Origin: Paraglomus brasilianum
Lineage: Eukaryota
Direction of reading: 5' to 3'
Assembly: GCA_910592345.1 (NCBI GenBank)
Contig: CAJVPI010000037.1
Location: 52,500-72,499, forward strand
Length of the DNA: 20,000 nt
Shown here: piece after piece, positions 1-11,683 of the stretch
Position numbering within the stretch: position 1 is the first letter of the stretch
How the letters are laid out: every line of letters begins with the position of its first letter
Notes under the pieces: model-generated
Told to the model about the DNA's origin: nothing
The model's database searches: none
What the model saw: only the letters and a program-made list of their open reading frames with translations
Position numbers and translations under genes: made by a program

Positions 1-722
1 GCGATCCAGTTAACTAGGCTAATGCCGTCCTTTATCCGACAAACGTCCAAATCCTATGATTTGCTCCAAACAGCCTGCCGAACTGCTAATAGAAGACGTT
101 AAAGCACGAACAAAATAACCATAGACAGCCCTCTCTTCACGAACCAGATATTCAATGGTATTCTTCAAGCTTTTCTCGGAATATTTTAATTTCAGTTGAC
201 TTGATTGTAAACCCATTGACTTCAAAGGTATCGCACACCAATCTTTTCTGATACTTTTTTGCGCCTTTCAGGTTGATAGTTTAACAGTAGGTGTTTCTTG
301 AACCTAAATAGAGAGTATACAAAGTCAAGCTGAGTTTCTCCGTTATTAATACAAGACTAGTTAGCTGATCAAGGGTTGACAAGAACCAAATATCAAAATG
401 TGTTCCGAATTAATATCTATATTGCAAAGATACGAACGACAAAACTGACAATGATTGGAAATGGTTATGTTCTAGCGCACTTACTAAAAACAATCGATTG
501 GGGATGTGAGACGAAAGATAAACATCCAAAGTCAGATATACTCGCTGGAAGCAAAGAATACAGGAAGGCACAGAAAGTTTCTATATATAAATACTTTAGT
601 AGTATATATTCTTGACATAAAAGTGCACACAGGTATATCCCTACTTACAGCTTATAAGCGCCGAACTCAAAATAAATACTGCGACAAAAAGAATCAACGG
701 ACGAAATAGTTAAAAAAATTCA

Positions 723-2960
723 TTACTTATCGATAAACCCATCTCTTACAACACAAATATTATTATTAACGCTTGAAGCTCTATCAATATTTGCTATCAC
801 CGGCTTTCCATTCCTATTATCATCAACAATAACAGCTTCTCCCTCAAGCCACTCTAAAATTCCAGAACCCATACTCTCAATCTCTTCAACAAGTTCGTCT
901 AGATGAGCCTCGTTAACAGAAGGGGCATTTACAACTACCCTAAAGAACAAAGGCAACTCTAAACGTCCTAGTGTCAAAGGAGCGTAATCAAATAGAAACT
1001 TGCCCCTTTGCACTATTCTTCGATGAATTTCCTTTGTAATCTCAGACAGTTTTGTCTTATACTGATTGTAATCTCTCTTTTCGAGTTCCGCAGGTAATCC
1101 CTCGGGTATGTACCAAAAACATATCTGAAGACTAGGTGGCTCTATGATTAGTTGGAATCGCGGATGATTGGATACTAGTTTAGCAAGGTACTTTGCCATC
1201 TTTAATGCATGCTCGATGCGTGCTCCATAGCCTCTAATTCCGAAAACCTTCCATCCTAGAAAGAATTTCACAGAATCCGATCTTCTACCGCAGCCAACTG
1301 TGCCGTTTCCCAAGTCATACTCGTTTCCATGGAACAGGTATCCGGCACCCAGACTATTTGAACGAGCAAAAATGCGATGATCACGAGCTAATAGAAAGGA
1401 ACATTGTTGAGGTGCACCGAGCATCTTGTGAGGATTCAGAGTGAATGTGTCGGCCTGCAAATAGACGATTCATTGCAAAAGGACATTAGTATCTCCCCGG
1501 TTTAGCTTCATTCTATTCAGGATAGACACCAAGTTAATATCAACGTCAACGGCAATTGTCAAAATTAAAGGAAATATGTTGGTACCATTTCGCTGCCGTC
1601 TACCAAGTGCTTTTTGTTCTCGGAAAATATCAGACTACCGCCCCAGGAGCCGTCTATATGATACCATATATTATATCGCTTTGCTATTTCTCCAATAGAG
1701 CGTAATGGATCAAATGCACCCTGAAGAACCGGAAGGGACGAGGGAAAAGAGTGTTTGCTAGTGAATACAGGAGAAAGAACATATAAAAAGAAACCGTATT
1801 GTCACATACAAGCACCGTGGTTCCAGCGGTAGCATTTATGAAAAATGGTGTCTCTTCTAAACTGATCGATCGATTTATCAACCGCACTAAAGACCACCAA
1901 AAGGATTCAATTGGAGCGAAAGGTTACGTTTCGACAATCACACACTTGAATGATTTACATACCCAGATCGTCTATCCTCATTCTACCCTCATCATCGCAT
2001 GGAACTTTGACAACATTGTCAGAACCTAATCCGAGAGCCATTGCAGTCTTGACAATTGAATAATGGCCAGCCGAAGATGTGTAAACTATTAACTTTTTGC
2101 CAAACTGATTATATCCTTGTGCTTTGATTTCTGGGAACATATGGTTACGTGCTGTTATCATTGCCAATTGGTTGGAGAATGATCCACCAGCGCAAGTAAT
2201 TCCTCCGCTGTTCTGATAAATGACAAAAGAAAAGTAAATTTAAAGAATCGAGGGCTAGAATCGGAAAATCACAAATCCTATTGACAGTCACTGTCTTGAC
2301 GTTTGTTTCGAATTCCGCAATGACATAAAAATTGTACCTCTCCTAAACCCAGCATCTTTGCCAACCTTGCAGAGACTGCATACTCCATCAGAGTGAGCAC
2401 AGGAGATACATGATACACATGCGAATTAGCATTAAGTAACGCGATCAACATCTCTGATATGACTCCAACAGGATTGGTTCCAGCATATAGCTTATCCATG
2501 AACCGCGGATTCCAGGTGTTTACACTGTAACGCAACACAGTTTGCAACAATGGCATGAGGCCTGATGTTGTTGAGTAATTTGGACAAGAGATGTTGCAAC
2601 AAGACGCAAAAGGAATTCTTGACAATAATTACCATCGATTCCGATGCCTTCCTCGGATAACTCGAGATCCACCAGTTTTTTCAATTCTTCAGGAGATTTG
2701 TAGTCAACTACTAAAGCGCCGGGTTTTCTACTATTGTCTACATCTATATAATAAACCAAATTAGAACAAGGACGCCGTGTTTTCTGATCTATTAGCGATA
2801 AACCGGGAAAGAGTCAAAGTATCGTACGTTCGACCATAAGGTCTTTCATTGTCGAGACCAAAGCATCAAGTTCTGTAGCATCTTGACAGAGGATGGGTTT
2901 CTCATGCAATTCCTGGGAAGTGCAGCAAACACGAGGAAAATTGGCCGAATTCTCTTGCAT
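723..2960 (-). CDS. Group II PLP-dependent amino-acid decarboxylase (glutamate/cysteine-sulfinate/aspartate decarboxylase-like), 7 exons, ~553 aa
   Basis: Manually spliced exons 2960-2828, 2743-2633, 2561-2338, 2212-1963, 1886-1810, 1720-1586, 1454-723. All introns are GT-AG and the total is 1662 nt in frame. Family motifs: NPRFMDKLYAG, GGSFSN, HYS, ATAGTTVLGAFD, HIDGSWGG, NPHK (PLP lysine), GYLF, CGRR, FFRVV. Confidence 0.93.
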
Positions 2961-3815
2961 ATTGCGTTCTTACACTTATGCTTGAGCGTTAAAAATTTTT
3001 TTTTTAGGTAACCAACTTAGGTTATCGTTATATTAACACGATATATATGGTAGGCAGAACACCATAAATGGAACTAACGTATTTTAATCGGCATGTGAAA
3101 CTCATGCAGGGTGGTTGACGGATTTTAATATTACATGACATCGTGACCTGTATTTCCATTCTTGGTGCGAGTTTCTTTAACTACGGATATGTGATGTTCA
3201 ATTGTAGAGGAAGGGGGATTTTTCTATAGGGAATGATATGTCAACATTGAGGATTTGAAGAATCTAGTCTCTGGTTGGCGCATCAATGAAATCAGGGAGA
3301 TTTTTATTCTATTATTGAAAACGTTGCCTGCGTCACTATTTGTCAATATTCCATGGACACACTGACAGTTGTTAAGGAAATTCTTAATCATAGACGATAC
3401 TGGAAACAAACCGCTTTTAGCTTTCCGATTCGCTAGAGTCCACTAGCAAGCAATCATTAGCTCGATCAATTCTTTCTATGGACCTTTGAACGAAAGCTTG
3501 CTACATTGATACAATCTCAATTTCAAGCTCATGTCACTTTCCGTGATCAAAGTTCACGTTTCCCTATTTAAGCAGAGGCTTGTAAAAATGAATCCCATAA
3601 CTTTAATAAGAAATAAGACGTCGTATTACTGATACTTTGTACATTGTTACATTACATTTGTTAAGTTAACCGCCAGTATCCATTTAAACTGTTCATAGTC
3701 TTGTGGTCATAGAGACATTGACAGTAAATGACAACAGCAACAAGAAAATTGCTATAGCTATTATAGCTATTAATTAATTCATCCATACAGCTTGCCGCAC
3801 GTTGTAAGAGCATTG

Positions 3816-6379
3816 TCATTTGTATCGCCATATGTTGTCAGATACTTTAACGACATCAACCATTTCCTTCACATCATGAACCCTCAATAAGTCAGCACCT
3901 CCAGAAATACAAGCAGTACAAGCAGCAGCAGTACCCATTACACGCGTCTCGGCGTCTGGTTTTTGAGTAACTGTTCCAATAAAGGTCTTCCTTGATGGTC
4001 CAACTAGACAAGGAAATCCCTCAAAAGGGCTATTTTCTCCTGTTATATCACGTAAACGACGCAATATTTCAAAATTTTGCTGCGCATTTTTAGCAAACCC
4101 AATACCTGGATCAATGATAATATTCCATCTCTTAACTCCTGCGCGAATCGCTCGTTCAACACGTTCACAGAGTTCATAACAGATATCTTCTATAAGATCA
4201 TCATATTGGGTCAATTCCCTCATGGTCTTTGGTGTTCCTCGAGTATGTTGAATACAAACAGGAACGTCCATACGTGCCATGACATCGTACATCCGAGGAT
4301 CCATCAGGCCGCCAGATATATCATTAATCATATCTGCTCCAGCAGCAATAGCAGCTTCGGCAACCGCTGCACGGAAGGTATCAATGGAAATAATCATATC
4401 CTTGTGTCCTTTTTCACGTATAGCCCGAATGACAGGGATAACCCGTTTTAATTCTTCATCCACTTGTACCTCGTCAGCATTCGGGCGCGTAGAATACCCA
4501 CCAATATCAATTATATCTGCTCCATCCAACGCAAGTTTCTCTGCATGAGCAATAGCAGTCTCAACAGTATTGAACAATCCGCCATCACTAAAACTGTCGG
4601 GTGTAACATTTAGCACACCCATAATAAATGTCTTATTACCCCAGGACCATTTGCTGTTTCTAATCGGCATGAACTTTTGCACCCCGTCTTCATTTGCCTC
4701 GTAATCAGGCGAGCCTACAAGCTGCGAGAGAAGTTGGTTACAAGTTCTGAATAATATTGGATGTTCAATGTCCCGAGCAATGCTATATGCAACAAAAAAT
4801 TGTCAAATATGTCGACATCTATGGAAGAGGATTACACTCGAAATAAGAATCATTAATAAGCTTACTCGTTCAATGGACGCAATACAAATTCGCGCTCACT
4901 TATACGAGGATGTGGAATAGTCAATGTTTCCGAGGTGTACTCGATGTTATCATAAAAGAGTATGTCAAGATCGATTATACGCGGACCATTTCTTATTAAT
5001 TCGACGCTGGACCGACCCATATCTCTCTCTATAGATTTCAGCCACTTAAGTAAACCCTCTGCGGACAGGCTTGTTGTTACCTGGTAAGATAATGTATGCA
5101 ATTCTTGTAAGACGACAAAGGCTTCTTGAAGATAAAGCGTTAGCGTATTGCGATTGTATTAAAAGTAATTCCTACGATAGAAAACAATGTCATGTGGGCT
5201 TTACCTTACATGCCGCGTTTACGAATCTGGGCTGATCTACATTATACATGGGCGAAGTATCATACAAAAATGAGGTATCTAGTACTTTACAGTTGTTGTC
5301 CTTCTCCAATAGTTGCAAGCTCTCCTTAATATTTGCTATACTATCACCTATATTAGATCCAAGGGCAAGAAAGGCGATGTGACCATCTTCCTCTGATAGC
5401 TTAGCATCATCAACAGAAACAGTGCAAGCAGACGCTCCATCGACTCTTTTCTTTAATTCAAAGCTTGCGCGATTCAGATACGGTAATACGAGATGTCGCA
5501 TCTTGTCTTCTAGCGAAAATGTAGTTCGGGTAATCTCTACTCCTGCAGAGCTAGCAAAAGTTATTGCATTAGGTTTCTCAACACGAACGGTTATCTTGTT
5601 AACATGGCATTCTGTCAAGGCTATATGTGCAGCTGCCGTGGTGCATGCCTCAATTGTCAAGTATTTAGACTCCTCAACGTGCTAAGTTCATTATAAATAA
5701 ATTCACTGTCAATAATGTGTTAGCGTTCTTCTCGAGCATAAATTCATCCTGATGATTTTTTACATTTTACCTGCGATATTTTTCGCGCGACCGTCTGATA
5801 GTCATATGGATTCGCGGTACCATCATTCTGGAGCGATTTCACACGAAATTGAGGATAAATTGTCAAGTTTAACACGACAACCTGCTTTTCCTCACGTTCC
5901 CATGGTCTCACACCTATTATCGTACTAAGCCTCAAGTCTTTCACAAACACAGTGTCATGATTCCTATGGATAGAGACGGGTAGCGCATCCAAATTGAAAC
6001 CAAGGGAAACATAATCCTCGGCACTTCGAGTTATTTCTACACCAGCTAACGCAGCATGAAGCAATGCTTGTAGTTTCTCGACGCGAACAGTAACTTTCGG
6101 AGCGTTGCAATCCTTAATGGATATCTTAGCAATACCTTCAGCTAATGCTTCAGCTGATTCATGAGATGTTTTTTCAGCAAATGCAGTGACCTCTTTACAT
6201 ACAGTAGAATAATTGATTGAAAATGGTAGACGATCAGTCTGACCAGCTTGACTAATATCCTTGTACAAAGCCAGATTAATAGTGACAGATTGCTTTTTTA
6301 CACGTCCCCAATAATCAGCCCCCAGTATAGTCCGTACGATCAAATCCTTAATTATTATCTTGTCATGCGAGGAATCCAT
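3816..6379 (-). CDS. FOL1: Trifunctional folate synthesis protein (2x dihydroneopterin aldolase + HPPK + dihydropteroate synthase), 4 exons, ~755 aa
   Basis: Exons 6379-5771, 5681-5205, 5080-4866, 4782-3816 (2268 nt, GT-AG introns). Two FolB repeats (DKIIIKDL..VEK, DTVFVKDL..VEKP), HPPK motifs (LALGSNIG, GPRIIDLDIL, LTIPHPRI) and DHPS motifs (MGVLNVTPDSFSDGG, IDIGGYSTRP, SIDTF, DPGIGF, GPSRK, LRVHDV). Confidence 0.96.
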
Positions 6380-6790
6380 GTTTGCTCAAAACGCGATTAT
6401 CTATTATCGTTTAAAATTTTTTAATCGGTTGATGGGTGGTACAACCTGACAGGTGTTACAACGACTATTACTACCAAAACTAGGAACTTCAGCAGATCAA
6501 CAAATATACGCCATGTCATCCAGAGAGGCATATTTGAATGTATCAACCCTTTTCGAAATCAGGTGCCTACCATCTCGATAGGATTGAACAACCATTTTCT
6601 GTTGGTAACCCGTAGTCGCAAATGATGCCCTTCAATCATTTTGTTCAACGAATAGTTCCATAAATAAGCACCTTATATGTACTGCGAACGGATGCTCTTT
6701 GAACGTTGTGTTACAGGAAACGTCATCATTTTATATTAATATATTAATATTGGTTGTTGCGCCATGTATTTTCCGTGTCAAGCAATTATT
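6380..6790. promoter_or_regulatory. Probable bidirectional promoter between FOL1 and the Bin3-family methyltransferase
   Basis: Only ~410 bp separates two divergent start codons. No specific element identified. Confidence 0.5.
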
Positions 6791-7942
6791 ATGGATTCGT
6801 CAACTTCGAAAGCTGTCAGACCGACAATAGAACGCAAAAGGGCACGCAAAGCTCTGCAGCATAGACAACCATACTTTTGTGGTAACTACCACGGATACTA
6901 TAATAAACGAAAGAAGACAGCGACAAACGACGATTCACGGCTTGCTCTGTTTAAGAGAGATTGGCTTGAAGGAAGGAATATATTGGATATTGGATGTAAT
7001 TCGGGCGATTTGACTATCGCCATTGGTAAGTATTTAGAAATTGCGTGAATTAGGTATCTTGTTTGTATAAAGCATTAGTTGACATCCACTTGTTTGACTA
7101 GCCAGGAAGTTTCAACCCAAGACGACATTGGGAATAGATATTGATCCTGTATTGATTAGAAGAGCAAACGAGAGAATAAAAAAAGATGTAGAGACGAAGG
7201 ATTATGAAAACATTAGATTTGAGACTGAAGACTGGATGGCTGAGACAGATGTGGGACAGAAGTTTGATACTATATGTCTGTGAGTTATTAAGTTATTGTA
7301 AAAACATGGTTAGATCATTAAGAACCGTTGATATGCATAATTCTAACTATCCTATTTCGCTATCGATCTCATTATCTAGTCGTTGTTTAATTACTACTGG
7401 CATTAGCATCTAATTCCATCCAACTATTTGATCTTTTGATGTCATTGCAATCAAAATTAGTTTTTCTGTTTCAAAGTGGATTCACCTACATCATGGAGAT
7501 GAAGGAATTAAACGATGCTTCCGCAAAATATACGAATGTCTGAACGACAATGGGATATTTCTATTCGAACCGCAGGAATACAAGTCTTATAAGAAATACA
7601 AGAAAATATCAGAGGTAGGAGAAGAAAATAGTAAAATAAAGGGTGCATACATTGAAGCATATGCACTCATATCCCTTTATTCGCATTCTTGATTTTAGAC
7701 AACGTTGGAAAATTACAATAACATCAAATTTAGACCAGAACATTTTCACAAGTATCTAATGAATGAGCTTGGATTTCGGATATTTCAGAAACTAGGACGT
7801 AGTGAGTCGTCAACAGAAGGTAAGAACACTTGTGTTCCTGATGAATAAGACATGTATGTGTCGGGGACAATATATAGAATTGATGAATGATATGTTTGTG
7901 TTTATAGGATTTAAACGTCTGATTTATATGTATAGGAAATGA
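6791..7942 (+). CDS. Bin3/MePCE (Bmc1-like) family SAM-dependent RNA 5'-phosphate methyltransferase, 5 exons, ~240 aa
   Basis: Exons 6791-7025, 7102-7279, 7461-7614, 7699-7819, 7908-7942 (723 nt, in frame; an alternative in-frame ATG lies at 6764). Bin3 motifs: GNYHGYY..R, DSRL, LDIGCNSG, GIDID, SVSKWIHLHHGDEG, EPQ..KSY, KFRP, GFKR.IY. Confidence 0.92.
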
Positions 7943-8201
7943 TTCCAGTATAAGTCACGTAGGAATAAAAAACAATAAATAAAACGAAAGGTTCCAACCT
8001 ACAGCACGAAATATCGTATTAGTATAATTTTAGTGTAAGGCAGTAGTTGGAATAAGCTATGAAAACAATCAAATTTAATTAGACAAACGCGAATTTTTGC
8101 GTATGGATTATCATTGGTCACATTCTGCATTCTGCATATAGTTACATTGTGAAAAAGTCTAGAAAGTTCCTAATAATACGTTATTAATTAAGCCAACTGA
8201 T

Positions 8202-8396
8202 CAGCGTTGGTATTACTATCGCGAGGAACTTTTATTCGCAGCGACAGCGTTGGTATTACAAGTGGCTCGCGATATAAGAAAGTGATCGGGACATAGTAAA
8301 AAATCTTAGAATCTTTCTTATACCGAGAGTTTATTAGAATCTTTCTTATATAGAGATAGTTTCATATAGACTATTTTTTAGATCAACTTTCTTATA
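8202..8396. repeat. Cluster of short direct repeats at the left edge of the accessory island
   Basis: CAGCGTTGGTATTAC at 8202-8216 and 8245-8259. TTAGAATCTTTCTTATA at 8306-8322 and 8334-8350, with a partial third copy CTTTCTTATA at 8387-8396. Confidence 0.75.
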
Positions 8397-8425
8397 TCAA
8401 ATTTTAATTAGTGTTTCTTCTTTTC

Positions 8426-9211
8426 AGCGAAACAGAAGATCCAACATTAGCAGTGTCCCACTTTTTTCGTGTGGTAGTATCGAACCATCGCAAGAAGTGT
8501 TTAAAAATCTCATGCTAGAGTCAAATTCACGACTCGACATCACTCCAATAAATCTGATATCAATCGAAGCCACGAAATCTATATACGTCTATTCATACCT
8601 CTGCTTGCTGGAGCGAATAATTTCAAAGATGTATTCGAGGTCCGCCCTCAAAAAAATCTTTCTGGTCCGAATGGACATGGTCCTGTTGATTTCGCAGGCG
8701 TTGTTTTATGCATGTGTTTTACCGGTTTTACGCGTGTGTTTTATGCCGTTCGTTTTATGCGTTCCTTTTTTTCTTTAACTGGAATTCGGTTTGGTAAATT
8801 TTGTAGCGAAAGCCCCCCGGCAACATCGACTTGCGTCGAACGGCAAAAACTGTGGGAGTCGCTGAGGTTAAGAAGGATAATTTCGTCAAGGGAGTTACCC
8901 AATGTGCGGTCCAGCTCGAGTCATCCTTGTCGAATCGTAAACGCAAGGCCAATGAGTTAGAAGAGAATCCGACAGTTGGAAAAGTTTTTGGGATAGTTAC
9001 CGACGCTGGGAAATTTTATTTCATGGAATGCTCGCTAGATGAACAGGAACGGCCCGCATTCAAGTTATCGAAACCGGTGATCGTTGCGTATGATGATGTT
9101 GACATGGAAGACAAGATAAAAAGGGTGTTTTCTCACATCGTATGGTTACTAGAAGAGATCCAAAAAGCGGACGAATTGGAAGGTGGAAATAAGAGAGTTA
9201 AGGTGAATTAG
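8426..9211 (+). pseudogene. 5'-truncated, frameshifted Crinkler-type (CR-REase, PD-(D/E)xK fold) gene remnant
   Basis: Pieces in shifting frames read ..PLFSCGS..VFKNLM..EATKSIYVYSYL / LAGANNFKDVFEVRPQKNLSGPNGHGPVDFA / IDLRRTAKTVGVAEVKKDNFVKGVTQCAVQLESSLSNRKRK..VFGIVTDAGKFYF..HIVWLLEE. GPVD..EVK..Q is a PD-(D/E)xK motif typical of Glomeromycota CRN-like proteins (recognised from memory). Frameshifts near 8456 and 8602, plus a 128-bp insertion. Confidence 0.82.
8697..8824. mobile_element. 128-bp insertion with five GTTTTAYNC-type repeats interrupting the nuclease motif
   Basis: Separates contiguous coding sequence (..GAT TTC GCA | ATC GAC TTG..) and shifts the frame. Contains gttttatgc, gttttacc, gttttacgc, gttttatgc, gttttatgc. 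Confidence 0.6.
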
Positions 9212-9717
9212 CTTGTTGTGACTTGATTTTGTAATTACTCTATTTACTGTATTATTAATAAATCACTCTGCGCTGACGCAGATCCGGAAAGGTCAATCGT
9301 GTTATTGTGTGTTTCATTACCAGTATATTGATTATCTTCCGCGTACAAAAAAGCAACTAATGGGCGAGTTACATCCCGACCCTTAATAATTTGCCCAACA
9401 TGAATGATGTTTTGCGTTTGAATTCATAATGAAGCGACAAATTAGTTACTTAGGATTTCAGTACAGATAAACCGACTCATAATTGGATTCATTTTCGCTG
9501 GTTATTGTGATCGACACATGAGCGACAATTTTCGCATTCGCTAATGTTACATGTCATATTCTGTGTTTGTCTATAAAAAACGCGCTATAGAGCGAGCCGT
9601 AACTTTATGTTCATCCTTTTGCCAATAAGCGCGAAATTACTCACAAATCTCTTTACAAACACTTCGCTACTATTCTATCAACGCAAAATCGCGAAAAAAT
9701 CCTGCATTACATTCAAA

Positions 9718-10044
9718 ATGTTCTCATTCAAAGATATCTTACTACTCGTCGGAATCATGTTCTTCCAGACGATTTTTCTCTACTTTATTACCAGAAATAA
9801 TTCGCAAGAAGCCCAAAATCAAATTAATACAAAGATGACTTCCACCCTCAAAAAGCAACAAAAAAGTATCTCTGATCCATCCGAGACTGTGAAGCATCTT
9901 GGGTATGACATTCGTGAAGTCCGAGATGGGGTTGCGAGAAGTAGTAATGCCGGATCTGGCACGTCAAACCTCCATGCTCGTTTAACTGTTTTACTCTTCA
10001 AGGCCAACCATTTCAATCTGCACAATTATCTAGTTCTTGTTTGA
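9718..10044 (+). CDS. Putative small N-terminally membrane-anchored protein (~108 aa), unknown family
   Basis: ATG in AAAATG context, hydrophobic stretch ILLLVGIMFFQTIFLYFI, then a polar, coiled-coil-like segment. TATAAAA at 9572-9578. No recognised homology. Confidence 0.35.
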   Translation: MFSFKDILLLVGIMFFQTIFLYFITRNNSQEAQNQINTKMTSTLKKQQKSISDPSETVKHLGYDIREVRDGVARSSNAGSGTSNLHARLTVLLFKANHFNLHNYLVLV

Positions 10045-10367
10045 CCATATTTTGTGCACAATCTCAACAATAAAATTTGTTGGTTTTTTCTTCAGTGTTA
10101 GGTACTGGAACTGAAAATTTACTTTCTTCTTTTGTATTTAGTCATGATTATTTTTTAAAATTTATTATTTTATTAAAAAAAGCAAAATAACTGTTTTAAA
10201 AAAATTTTTTAAATTATGATGAGAGCAGAGCATTAATATTGTGTTCAGAAATCTCATTAACAAGCTGAAATAGACAGTCAATTGTTTGTATTAAATTTTT
10301 CTGCCCAGATATATTTGCCTTTTGTTTTGTAATGGTACATCTTAATATTTATTATTTTTTGTTCTTC

Positions 10368-10783
10368 TTGATAAATTTAATAAGTGATTTTTTCTTTATG
10401 TAGATATTCCTCGAAAATTTTGGTATCATTGATTTTAAAACCATATGGAGCAGTTTTTCCTCCTTGAGCTTTCTTTAAAATGCTTCTAATAGTGCTGTAA
10501 TTCTTGGGTTCCATAGTGGATTTAGTAATTAGTTTCATATATTTATTTTTATAGACATGATCCTATATCGATATTAACATGGTCTTCACCGAGTTGAATG
10601 TTACTCATCATTACATTGTCATGACATAGTTCATGGGTTGTGCATGAGCCACAGCTGTGCCACTCTAGCAAAGCCTTCTCAAGACATCATCCACTACTTT
10701 ACATTTAGTGTCTGCTCAGCCACATCAGCCTCTTTTAGTTCACATGATCAAATGTTCACTTTGTCTGCAGTCTGCCCCAATTA
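10368..10783 (+). repeat. Unclassified dispersed element, copy 1 of 3 (ends TGCAGTCTGCCCCAATTA)
   Basis: Shares blocks with 13983-14283 (TCTTGGGTT..GTGGATTTA..AATTAGTTTCATAT, CAGCCACATCA, ATGTTCACTTTGTCTG) and with 17036-17202 (TTGATAAATTT..AAGTGATTTTTTCTT..TTTGGTATCATTGATTT). Strand is arbitrary. Confidence 0.8.
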
Positions 10784-11558
10784 CAGTCGAACCTCGTTAT
10801 ACCGAAGTGTCAGGGGAGGCATCCACGATTCGGTATAACGAGACATTCGGTATAGTGAGGTACCTCTATGTAACGAAGTTATGCCTAAGGTCAAGCAATA
10901 TTCGGTATAATGAGACTTATGTGAATAATATCTTTACTTCAATTTACAATCAATAATACGTGAATATAATAAAACAGTTATACTGATCAGTAACAAATGA
11001 ATCTATTAGAGTTTGTTTTTGCTTTGCAGGACTATGCAATTCCGCCTTTCTCTTTAACGCACGAAAGGCTTTAAATCATCATAATTAATTTCTATGTTAC
11101 CTTGTTGAAGAAAATATGGAAACTCACGTTGTAATTTGTTAATAAATTTCCAATTATATTTACGTCTCAACATTAAACGTATGACCGAAAATTACATGAT
11201 TGAACAATATGTGCGAATATCATAAACATGTTTACTGAATTTAAAAAGATGACAGCTGATATCATACGATCAAAATATTGGCACACAAATATGACGGCTA
11301 AATCGTACGATTAATATCAAATATCAGCGATTGCGAAATCGTATGATCCTCATCTGCTACAGCCAATCACTATTCTACATTTTTTATCACGTGATAAAAC
11401 TTCGGTATAACGCGATTAGTGCAATATGTAAAAATCCAGCATCGCACTTCGGTAACGGTATAAAGCGATTTTACTATTAAATTCGTTATAAAGAGGGAAT
11501 TTTACTATTTAGAAAACGGGGGGAGCCAGAATTCCTTCGGTATAACGAGGTTTGACTG
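10784..11558 (-). mobile_element. Non-autonomous pogo/Tigger-like (Tc1/mariner superfamily) DNA transposon, 775 bp
   Basis: 24-bp TIRs CAGTCGAACCTCGTTATACCGAAG (10784-10807) and 11535-11558 with one mismatch. TA duplication at 10782-10783 and 11559-11560. Subterminal TTCGGTATAA-type repeats at 10829, 10846, 10901, 11401, 11482. Minus-strand transposase C-terminal relic ..KQKQTLIDSFV at ~10990-11070. Confidence 0.92.
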
Positions 11559-11683
11559 TATATATCAAAATCACATTTTGCGGAGTAGTGGGTACATTGC
11601 TATTGTTCACCTGCTTTTATGCACGCAGCTAGAAAAGTATGCCTTGCATGATATTTAAAAAAAAAGTATCTATGCTTAGTTAA

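Noticed and set aside
19..709. Short ORFs 19-225, 376-615 and 506-709
   Set aside because: No recognisable motifs or convincing exon structure. The region may be UTR or a gene edge.
4077..5685. Plus-strand ORFs 4077-4451, 4279-4548 and 5422-5685
   Set aside because: Antisense shadows of FOL1.
9267..9282. Hairpin TCTGCG-CTGA-CGCAGA as a Helitron 3' end
   Set aside because: There is no CTRR terminus at the expected distance, and a 6-bp stem is not significant.
10653..10662. 10-nt match AGCTGTGCCA to the arm-B loop of unit 2 (13736-13745) as a guide-target pair
   Set aside because: A 10-mer match is expected by chance given the number of k-mers compared, and unit 1 has no equivalent match.
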